Shown piece by piece: positions 11,755 to 23,700 of a stretch of 64,000 nt of DNA; within the stretch, counting starts at the first letter, position 1; each line of letters starts with the position of its first letter. The position numbers and the translations under genes are program-made. The notes beneath the pieces were generated by a model, which worked only from the letters and a program-made list of their open reading frames with translations, had not been told where the DNA came from and made no database searches. This DNA comes from the human T2T-CHM13v2.0 reference genome, Homo sapiens, in the NCBI RefSeq assembly GCF_009914755.1, contig NC_060943.1; one strand, written 5' to 3'.

Positions 11755-14700
11755 AAAAGCTTTCTGGGAAACTGCTTTGTGATGTTTGCATTCATATCAC
11801 AGAGTTAAAACTTTCTGTTCATTGAGCAGTTTAACAACACCATTTCTGTAGAATCTGTGAAGGGATATTTGGGAGCATGTTGAGGCTTATCATGAAAAAG
11901 ACATATCTTCAGACAAAACTAGAAAAAAGCTTTCTGAGAAACTGCTTCGTGATATGTGCATTCATCTCACACAGTTAAAACTTTCTTTTGATTAAGCAGC
12001 TTGGAAACACTATTTGGTACAATCTGCGAAAGGATATTTTGGAGTGCATTGAGGCCCATGGTGAAAAAGGAAATATCTTCAGAGAAAAACTGGAAAGAAG
12101 CTTTCTCAGAAATAGCTCTGTGATGAGTGCATTCATCTCACACAGTTAAAACTTTCTTTTGATTGAGCAGTTTTGTTAAACTGTTTTTGTAGAATCTAAG
12201 AAGGGATACTTGAGAGCACTTTGAGGCCTACGGTGAAAAAGGAAATATCTTAAAAAAAATTAAAAATAAGTTGTCTGAGAAACTGCCTTGTGATAAGAGT
12301 ATTCAACTGACATAGTTAAACCTTTCTTTTGATTGTGCAGTTTGGGAACAGTGCTTTTGTAGAATCAGAGAAGGGATATTTGGGATCGTTTTGAGGCCAA
12401 TGGTGAAAAATGAAATATCTTCAGGTAAATACAAGAAAGAAGCTTTCTCAGAAACTGCTTTGTGATGTGTGCATTCATCTCACTGAGTTAAAACTTTCTT
12501 TTGATTGAGCAGTTTGGAAACACTGTTTTGGTAGAATCTGCCAAAATATATTTTCGAGCCTATTGAGGCCTATGGTGAAAAGGGAAATATCTTCAGATTA
12601 AAACTAGAAAGAAGCATTCTCAGAAACCAGCTTGTGATGTGTCCATTCTTCTCACAGAGTTAAACCTTTCTTTAGATTGAGCAGTTCGGAAACACTGGTT
12701 TGGTAGAGTGTGCAAAGGATATTTGGGAGCACATTGAGGTCTATGGTGTAAAGGGAATTATCTTCAGAGAAAACTAGGAAGAATTTTTTGGAGAAACTAC
12801 TTTGTGATGTGTGTATTCATCTCACAGTGTTAAACTTTTCTTTTGAGTGAGCAGTTTGTAAACACTGTTTTTATAGAATCTGTGAAGGGATATTTGGGAA
12901 CACATTGAGGCCAATGGTGAAAAAAGTAATATCTTCAGATAAAAACTAGAAAGAAGCTTTCTCAGAAATGGCTTTGTGATGTGTGCACCCTTCTCACAGA
13001 GTTAAACCTTTCTTTTAATTGAACAGTTTGGAAATATTGTTTTGCTAGAATCTATGAAGGCATGTTTAGAGAACTATGAGGACTACAGTGAAAAACGAGA
13101 TATCTTCAATTAAAAACTGGAAAGAAGATTTGCGAAAGACTGCTTTGTGATGTTTGCATTCACCTCACAGAGTTAAACCTTTCTTTTGATTGAGCAGTTT
13201 GGAAGCGTTGTTTTGGTAGAATCTGTGAAGGGATATTTGGGAGTGCTTTGGGGACTATGGTGAAAAAGAAATTATCTTCAGATAAAAACTTGAAAGAAGC
13301 TTCCTGGGAAACTGCTTTGTGATGTGTGCATTCATCTCACAGAGGTAAACTTTTCCTTTGATTGAGCAGTTTGGAAACACTGTTTTGGTAGAATCTGTGA
13401 AGGGATATTTGGGATCACATTGAGGCCTATGATGAAAAAGTAAATATCATCAGAAAAAAAAACGAGAAAGAAGCATTCTGAAAAACTGCATTATGATGAG
13501 TGCATTCATCTCACAGAGTTAAATTATTCCTTTGATTGAGCTGTTTGGAAACACTGTTTTTTTGTAATCTGAGAGGGGATATCTGGGAGCACTTTAAGAC
13601 CTAGGGTGAAAAATGAAATAACTTCAGATAAAAAACATAAAGCAACTTTGTACTAAAAATTAAAAACTAGAAATTAGCTTCCTGAGAAACTGCTTTGTGA
13701 TATGTGAATTCATCTCACAGAATTAAGTCTTTTTTTTGTTGAGCAGTTTTTTAAACCCTATGTTTGTGGAATTTGCGGAGGGATATTTGGGAGAGCATAG
13801 AGGCCTATGGTGAAAAAGCATATATCTTCAGATAAAAACTACAAAGAGGCTTTCTCAAAAACTGCTTTGGGTTCATTGCATTCTTCTCACAGTGTGAAAC
13901 CTGTCTTTTAATTGAGTAGTTTGCAGAAACTCCTTTGTGATGAATATGTGAAGGGATATTTGGGAGGCATGAGGCCTATGTTGAAAAAACAAATATCTTC
14001 AGATAAAAACTAGAAAGAAATTTTCTGAGAAACTGCTTTGTGATGAATGCATTCATCTCACTGGGTTAAAACTTTCTTTTGATTGAGCAGTTTGGAAACA
14101 CTGTCTTTGTAGAATCTACGAAGGGATATTTGGGAGTGCGCTGATGCCTTTGGTGAAAAAGGAGGTATCTTCAGATAAAAAGTAGCAAGAAGCCTTCTGG
14201 GAAACTGCTTTGTGGTGTGTTTATTCTCCTAACAGAGTTACACCTTTCTTTTGATTGAGCAGTTTGGAAACACTGTTTTTGTAGAATCTGTGAAGGGAAA
14301 CCTAGAAGCGCATTGTGGCCTATGATGTAAAAGGAAATATCTTGAGATAAAAACTAAAAAGAAGCATTCTGAGAAACTGCTTTGTGATGAACGCATTCAT
14401 CTCACAGAGTCAATCCTATCTTTGGATTGAGCAGTTTTGCAACACTGTTTTTTAAGAATCTTAGAAGAGATATTTGAGAGTGATTTGAGGACTATGGTGA
14501 AAAGGAAATACCTTCAGATAAAAACTATAAAGAAACTTTCTGGGAAACTGCTTTGTGATCTGTGCAATCATCTTCTCACAGAGTTAAAAATTGCTTTTGA
14601 TTGAGCAGTTTGGAAACAATGTTCTTGTAGGATCTGTGAAGGGATATTTAGCAGTGCTTCAAGGCCTATGGTGAAAAAGGAAGTATCTTCAGATAAAAAC

Positions 14701-17700
14701 TAGAAAGAAGCTTTCTGAGAAACTATTTTGTGTTGAGTGCATTCATCTCACAGAGTTAAAGCTTTATTTTGATTAAGCAGTTTGGAAAAACTGTTTTGGT
14801 AGAACTTGCCAAAGGATATTTTGGAGCACTTTGAAGCTTATGGTGAAAAAGGAAATATCTTCACATAAAATCTAGAAAGAAGCTTTCTGATAAATTGCTT
14901 TTTGATGATTGCATTCATCTTCTTTTGATGGAGATGGATTCATCCATCTTCTTTCGATGGAGCAGTTTTGCAACAGTGTTTTTGTAGAATCTCAGCAGGG
15001 ATATTTGGGATTGCATTAAGGACTAAAATGAAAAACGAATTATCTTCAGATAAAAACTAGAAAGAATCCTTCTGGGAAACTGCTTTGTGATGTTTGCATT
15101 CATCTCAGAGAGTTAAACATGTCTTTTCATTGAGCAGTTTTGAAACACTGTTTATGTAGAATCTGCAAAGGGATATTTGGGAGCACATTGAGGCTTTGGG
15201 TAAAAAAGAAAATATCTTCAGATAAATAATATAAAGAAGCTTTCTCAGAATCTGGTTTGTGATGTGTGCATTCATCACACAGAGTTAAATCTTTCTTTTG
15301 ACTGAGCAGTTAAAACGCTTTTTGTATAATCGGTAAAGGGATATTTGGGAGCACATTGAGGACTATGGTAAAAAAGGAAATATCTTCAGATAAAAACTAG
15401 AAAGAATCTTACTCAGATAATGCTTTGTGATGTGTGCACTCTTCTAACAGAGTTAAACCTTTCTTTTGATTGAGTAGTTTGGAAACACTGTTTTCGTAGA
15501 ATGTGTGAAAGGATATTTGGGAGTGCTTTGAGGCCTATGGTGAAAAAGGAAATATCTTCAGATAAAAACTAGAAAGAAGCTTTCTAAGAAACTGCTTTGT
15601 GATGTTTGCATTCATCTCACAGTTAAAGCTTTCTTTTGATTGAGCAGTTTGGAAACTGTTTTGCTAGAATATGTGAAGGGATATTTGGGAAAATGTTGAG
15701 GTCTATGGTGAAAAAACAAATATCTTCAGAGAAAAACTAGAAAGAAGCTTTTGGAAAAACCGTTTTGTGATTAGTGCTTTCATCTCACAGAGGTAAACCT
15801 TTTTTTTGTTTGAGCAGTTTGGAGACACTGTTTTTGTGGAATTTGTGAGGGGACATTAAGGAGCACATTGAGGCCGATGGTAAAAAAGCAAATATCTTCA
15901 GATAAAAACTAGAAGGAAGCTTTCTCAGAAACTGCTTTGTGTTGTGTGCATTCTTCTCACAGAGTTAAACCTTTCTTTTGATTGAGCAGTATGGCAGCAG
16001 TGTTTTTGGAGAATCTCAGAGGGATATTTCAGAGGGCTGAGGACTAGACTGAGAAATGAAATATCTTCAGATAAAAACTAGAAAGAAGCTTTCTTAGAAA
16101 CAGCTTTGTGATGAGTGCATTCATCTCAAAGAGTTAAACTTTTCTTTTGATTGAGCAGTTTGGCAATGGTGTTTTTGTAGAATCTGCGAGGGGATATTTG
16201 GGTGTGCATGGAGGCCTATGGTGAATAAGGAAATAACTTCAGATAAAAACTTGAAAGAAACTTTCTTAGAAATAGCTTTGTGTTGTGTGTATTCTTATCA
16301 TAGAGCCAAACCTTTCTTTTGATAGAGCAGTTTGGAAACACTGTTTTTGTAGAATCTGCAAAGGCATATATGGGAGCCCCTTAAGGTTTATTGGGAAAAA
16401 GGAAATAACTTCAGATAAAATTACAAAGAAGCTTTCTCAGAAACAGCTTTGTGTTTTGTGCATTCATATCACAGAGGTAAACCTCTCTTTTGACTGAGCA
16501 GTTTGGCAACACTGTTTTTGTGGAATCTGCGAAGGGATATTTGGTAGCACATGGAGGCCTAGGGTGAAAAAGTAAGTAACTTCAGAGAAAATTAGAAAGA
16601 AGCTTACTCTGAAACCGTTCTGTAATCTGTTCTTTCTTCTTACAGAGTTAAACCTTTCTATTGATTGAGCAGTTTGAAAACACTGTTTTGGTAGAATCAA
16701 TGAAGGGATATTTGGGAGCGCATTGAGGCCTATGGTGAAAAAGGAAATATCTTCAGATAAGAACTAGAAAGAAGCTTACTCAGAAACTACTTTGGTATTT
16801 GTGCATTCTTCTAGCAGAGTTGAAACTGTCTTTTGACTGAGCAGTGTGCAAACACTGTTTTTGCAGAATCTACAAAGGGATATAAGGGAGCACATTCAGG
16901 CCTATGGTGAAAAAGAAAATATCTTCAGGGAAAAACTAGAAAGAAGCTTTCTGAGAAACTGCTTTGTGATGTGTGCATTCATCTCACAGAGTTAAACCTT
17001 TCTTTTAAACACTGTATTGATAGAATCTGCCAAGATTTTTTTGGGAATGATTTCAAGCCTATTGTGAAAAAGGAAATGTCTTCAGATAAAAACTAGAAAG
17101 AAGCTTCCTGAGAAACTGCTTTGTGATGAGTACATTTATCTCACAAATATAAACCATTCTTATGATTGAGCAGATTGGCAACAGTGTTTTTGTAGAATCT
17201 GATTAGGGATATTTGGGATCACTTTGAGGACTACAGTGAAAAATGAAATATCTTCAGAAAAAAACTAGAAAGAAGCTATCTGGAAAACTGCTTTGTGATG
17301 AAGGTATTTAACTCACATAGTTAAATATTTCTTTTGATTGAGCAGTTTGGGAACAGCGTTTTTGTAGAATCAGAGAAGGGATATTTGGGAGTGTTTTCAT
17401 GCTGATGATGAAAAAAGAAATATCTTCAGATAGAAACTAAAAAGAAGCTATCTTGGAAACTGATTTGTGATGAGGGTATTCAACTCACATAGTTAAACCT
17501 TTCTGTTGATTGAGTAGTTTGGGAACAGTGTTTTTGTAGAATCAGAGAAGGGATGTTTGGGAGCATTTTGAGGCCGATGGTGAAAAATGAAATGTCTTCA
17601 GATAAATACTAGAAAGAAGCTTTCTCAGAAACTGCTTTGTGATGTGTGCATTCATCTCACAGAGTTAAACTTTTCTTTTGATTGAATAGTTTGGAAACAC

Positions 17701-20700
17701 TGTTTTCAGAGAATCTACCAAAGGATATTTGGGGGCACATTGAGACCTATGCTGACAAAGGAAATATCTTCAGATTAAAACTAGAAAGAAGCTTTCTCAG
17801 AAACCGGTTTGTGATGTGTTCATTCTTCTCAGAGAGTTAAACCTTTCTTTTCATTGGGCAGTTTGGAAATACTGTTTTTGTAGAATCTGAGAAATGATAT
17901 TTGAGAGTGTTTTGAGGCCTATGGTGAAAAAGGAGATATCATCAGATATAAAACTCTAAAGAAACTTTCTGGGAAAGTGTTTTGTGATCTGTGCTGTCAT
18001 CTCACAGAGTTAAACCTTTGTTTTGATTGGGAAGTGTGGAAACACTGTTCTTGTAGAATCTGTGAAGGGATATTTGGGAGCGCTATGTAGGCCTATGTTG
18101 AAAAACGAAATATCTTCAGAAAAAAACTGGAAACAAGCTTTCTGAGACACTGCTTGGTTGTGAGTGCATGCATCTAACAAAGTTAAACTTTTCTTTTGCT
18201 TGAGAAGTTTGGAAATACTGTTTTTGTAGAATCTGTGAAGGAATATTTGGGAGCAAATTGAGGGCTATGTTGAAACATGAAATATCTTCAGATAAATACT
18301 AGAAAGAAGATTTCTTACAAACCATTTTTTGATGTGACCATTTTTCTCACAGAGTTAAACCTTTCTTTGGATTGAGCAGTTTAGAAACACTGTTTTGGTA
18401 GAATGTGTGAAGGGTATTTGGGAGCTCCTTGAGGCCTATGATGAAAAAGGAATTATCTCCAGAGAAAACTAGAAAGAAGCTTTTTGAGAAACTACTTTGT
18501 GATGTGTGCATTCGTCTTACAGAGTTAAACTTTTCTTTTGATTGAGCTGTTTGGAAACACTGTTTTGGAAGTATCTGGATAGGGATATTTGGGAGCACAT
18601 TGAGGCCTAGGGTGAAAAAGGAAATATCTTCAGATTAAAACTAGAAAGAAACTTTCTGAGAAAGTGTTCTGTGATGAGTGCATTCATCTCACAGAGTGAA
18701 AACTTTCTTTTGATTGAGCAGTTTGGCAACAGTGTTTTTGTAGAATCTGAGAAGGGATATTTGGGAGCAATTTATGGTCTATAGTGAAAAAGGAAATATC
18801 TTCAGATAAAACTAGAAAGAAACTTTCTGGGAAACTGCTTTGTGATGTGTGCATTCATCTAACAGAGTTAAATCTTTATTTTGATTGAGTAGTTTGGAAA
18901 CATTGATTTTGTAGAATAGTCAAAGGGAAATTTCAGAGCTTTTTGAGGCCTATGGTGAAAAAGAAAACATCTTCAGGTGGAAACGAGAAAGAACTGTTCT
19001 GAGAAACTGCTTTTCGATGAGTTCATTTATCTCAGAGATTTCAACATTTCTTTTGATTGAGCTGTTTGAAAACCAAGTTTTTCTAGAACCTGAGAAGGGA
19101 AATTTGGGAGCACTTTGTGGCCTATGTTAAAAAAGGAAATATCTTCAGATAAAAACTAGAAAAACTTTTATAGGTAACTACCTTCTGATGTGTGCATTCT
19201 TCTCACAGAGTTAAACATTTCTTTTCATTCAGCAGTTTGGAAACACTCTTTTTGTAGAATTTGTGAAGGGCCATTTTGGAGTGCATGAACGTCTATGGTG
19301 AAAAAGGGAATATCTTCAGAGAAGAACAAGAAAGAAGCTTTCAGAGAAAGTAATTTATGATTTGCACATTCATCTCACAGAGTTAAACCTTTCTTTTGAT
19401 TGAGGAGTTAGGAAACCTAGTTTTTGTAGAATCTGAGAAGGCATATTTGGGAGTGCATTGAGGCCTATGTTGAAAAAGGAAGTATCTTCAGATAAGAACT
19501 AGAAAGAAGCTTTCTCAGAAACTGCTTTGTATTGTCTGCAATCTTCTCACAGAGTTAAATCATTTTTTTTGATTGAGCAGTTTGGAAACCCTGTTTTTGT
19601 AGAATCTGCCAAGGCATATAAGGGAGCGCCTTAAGGCTTACTGTGAAAAAGGAAATATCTTCAGGGAAAAACTAGAAAGAAGCTTTCTTAGAAATTGCTT
19701 TGTGATGCATGCATTTGTCTCACAGAGTTAAACCTTTCATTTGATTGAGGCTTTTTGAAACACTGTTTTGGAAGAATCTGTGAATTGATATTTCGGAGAT
19801 CTTTGAGCCCTTTGATGAAAAAGGAAATATCTTCAGAGGAAAACTGCAAAGAAGATTTCTGAGAATCTGCTTTGTGACATGTGCCTTCATCTCACAGTTA
19901 AAACTTTCTTTTGATTGAGCAGTTTGGAAACACTGTTTTGGTAGAATTTGCAAAGGTATATTTGGAAGTGCATTGTGGCCTATGGTGAAAAGGAAATATC
20001 TTCAGGAAAAAAGCAGAAATAAACTTTCTGAGAAATTGCTTTATGATGAGTGCATTCATCTCACAGAGTTAAACCTTACTTTTCATTGAGTAGTTTGGGA
20101 ACAAAGTTTTTGTAGAATCTGAGAAGGCATATGTGGCAGTTCCTTAAGGCCTATTCTGAGAAAGGAAATATCCTCAGGGAAAAACTAGAAAGAACTTTCT
20201 GGGAAACTGCTTTGTGATGTGCACATTCATCTGACAGAGTTAAAACTTTCTTTTGATTGAACAGTTTGGAATCACTGTTTTGGGGGAATCTGTGATGGGA
20301 TATTTCGGAGCTTTTTGAGGCCTATGGTGAAAAAGGAATTATCTTCAGATAAAAACTAGAAAGAAGCTTTCTGAGAAACTGGTTTTTGATGAGTGCATTC
20401 ACCTCACTGACTTAAACCTTTCTTCTGATTGAGCAGTTTGGAAACACTGTTTTTGTAGTATCTGCAAAAGGATATTTGGGATTGCCTTGATGACTGTGGT
20501 GAAAAATGAAATATCTTCAGATAAATAGTAGACAGAATCTCTCAGAAACTGCTTTGTGATGTGCACATACTTCTCACAGAGTTAAAACATTCTTTGATTG
20601 GGTGGTTTGGAAGCACTGTTTTTGTGGAATCTATGAAGGGATAATTTGGAGCACATGGAGGCCTATGGTGAAAAAAAAATCTTCAGATAAATAATACAAA

Positions 20701-23700
20701 GAAGCTTTCACAGAAACAGCCTTGTGTTGTGTGCATTCTTCTCACAGAGTTAAACCTTTCTTTTGATTTAGCAGATCGGAAACACTGTTTTGTAGAATCT
20801 GCAAAGACATATATGGGAGTGCATTAAGGCCTATTGTGAAAAAGAAGATATCTTCAGGGAAAAACTATAAAGAAGCTTTCTGAGAAACTGCTTTGTGATG
20901 TGTGCATTCATCTCCAAGAGGTAAACCTTTCTTTTCTTTGACAAGTTTGGAAACACTGTTGTGGTACTATCTGTGAAGGGTATTTCAGAGTGCATTGAGG
21001 AGCTTGGAGAAAAAGGATATATCAACAGAGAAAAACTGGAAAGAAGCTTTCCGAGAAACTGCTTTGTGATGTGTGCATTTATCTCATGGTGTCAAACTTT
21101 TCTTTTGATTGAGGAGTTTGGAAACACTGTTTTGGTAGAATCTGTGAAGGGATATTTGGGAGCTCATTGAGGCCTTTGTGAAAAAGGAAATATCTTCAGA
21201 GATAAGAAAGAAGCATTCAGAGAAACTGCTTTGTGATGTGTGCATTCATCTCACAGAGTAAAACCTTCCATTGATTGAGCAGTTTGGAAACACTGTTTTG
21301 TTAGAATCTGTGAAGGAATATTTGGAAGTGCATTGTGGCCTATTTTGAAAAAGGAAGTATCTTCAGATAAAAACTAGAAAGAAGCGTTCTGAGAAACTGC
21401 TTTGTGATGAGTGAATTCATCTCACAGTGTTAAACTTTTCTTTTCATTGAGGAGTTTTGGGAACAGTATTTCTGTAGAATCTGAGATGGGGTATTTTCAA
21501 GTCCATTGTAGCCTATGGTGAAAAAGGAAATATCTTCAGATAAAAAATAGAAAGACGGTTTCTGAGAAACTGCTCTGTGATGTGTGCATTCTTCTTAAAC
21601 ACTTAAACATTTCTTTAGTTTGAGCAGTCTGGAAACACTGTTTTTGTAGAATCTACGAAGGAATATATAGGTGAGCTTTGAGGTCCATGGTGAAAAAGGA
21701 AATATCTTCAGAAAAAAACTAGAAAACAGGTTTCTGAGAAATAGCTTTGTGATGAGTACATTGAGCTCACAGCTGAGTAGTTTGGGAACCGCGTTTTTGT
21801 AGAATCAGAGAAGGGATATTTGGGAGTGTTTTCATGCTGATGGTGAAAAAAGAAATATCTTCAGATAGAAACTAAAAAGAAGCTATCTTGGAAACTGATT
21901 TGTGATGAGGGTATTCAACTCACATAGTTAAACCTTTCTTTTGATTTAGCAGTTTGGTCACTGTTTTTGTAGAATCTCTGAAGGGATATTTGGGAGCACT
22001 TTGAGGCTGTGGTGAAAAACAAAATATCTGCAGATAAAAACTAGAAAGAAGCTTTCTGGGAAACTGCTTTGCAATGTGTGCATTCATCTTACAGAGTTAA
22101 ACTTTCTTTTTCTGAGCATTGTAGAAACACTGTTTTGGAAGAATCTGCAAAAAAATATTCAGGAGCACATTGAGGCCGATGGTGAAAAAGGAAATATCTT
22201 CAGATAAAAAAGAGAAACAAGCTTTCTCAGAAAATTCTTTGTGATGTGTGCAATTGCATCAGAGAGTTAAGCCTTTCTTTCTGAGCAGTCTGGAAACACT
22301 GCTTTGGTAGAATCTGTGAAGGGATATTTGGGAGCACATTGAGGCCTATGGTGAAAAAGGAAATATCTTTATATAAAAACTAGAAATAAGCTTTCTTAGA
22401 ATCAGCTTTGTGATGGGTGTATTCACCATATACAGTTAAAACTTCCTTTTGATTGAGCAGTGTAGAAACACTGTTTTGGTAGAACCTGTGAAGGGACATT
22501 TGGCAGTGCATTAAGGCTTATGGTGAAAAAGGAAACATCTTCAGATAAAAATTAGAAAAGAGCTTTCTGAGAAACTGCTTTGTGATGAGTGCATTGATCT
22601 CACTGAGTTAAAAGTTTCTTTTCGTTGAGCTGTTTGGCCACAATGTTTTTGTAGAATCTGAGAAGGGATATTTGGAAGCACTTTGAGGCCAACGGTGAAA
22701 AAGAAAACAATTTTCAGATTCATAGAAGAAGGAAGCTTTGTGGGAAACTGCTTTGTGATTCGGGCATTCATCTCACTGATTTAAAATTTTCTTTTGATTG
22801 AGCTGTTTGGAAACACTGTTTTTGTAGAATCTGTGAAGGGGTATTTGGGAGAAATTTGAGCCCAATGGTGACAAAGGAAATATCTTCAGGAAAATACTGA
22901 TAAAAATATTTACCAGAAACTGCTTTGGGATGTGTGCATTCTTCTCAGAGAGTTTAACCTTGCTTTTGATTGAGCAATTTGGAATCTCTGTTTTTGTAGA
23001 ATATGGGAAGGGATATTTGGGAGCACTTTAAAAACTATGGTGAAAAATGATATATCTTCAGAGAAAAACTAGAAAGAAGCTTTATGGAAACTGCTCTGAG
23101 ATGAGTACATTCTTCTGGCAGAGTTAGAACATTATTTTGATTCAGCAGTTTGCAAACACAGTTTCTATGAAATCTACCAAGGGATATTTGGGCGTGTATT
23201 GAGGCTTACAGTGAAAAAGGAGATATCTTCAGGTAAATATGAGAAAGAAGATTTTCAGAAGCTGCTTTGTGATGTGTGCATTCTTCTGACAGAGTTTAAT
23301 CTGGCTTTTGATTAAACAGTTTAGAAACACTGTTTTTGTAGAATCTGTGAAGGGATATTTGAGAGCCCTTCGAGGACTACAGGGAAAAAGGAAATATCTT
23401 CAGATAAAAACTAGAAAGAAGCGTTCTGAGAAACTGCTTTGTGATGTGTGCATTCACCATATAGACTTAAAACATTCTTTTGATTGACCAGTTTGGAAAC
23501 TCTGTTTTTGTAGAATCTGCACAGAGATATTTGGGAGCGCCTTTAGGACAATGGGGAAAAAGGAAATATCTTCACATAAAACTAGAAAAAGACTTTCTGA
23601 GAAACTGCTTGGTGATGAGTGACTTTAACTCAGAGAGCTAAACCTTTTTTTGGTTAAGAAGTTTGACAAAATTGTTTTTGCCGAATCTGCAAAAGGATAT

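Noticed and set aside
13651-13678. TACTAAAAAT...AAATTAGC resemblance to the Alu linker
   Set aside because: Too short and A-rich, with no Alu arms.
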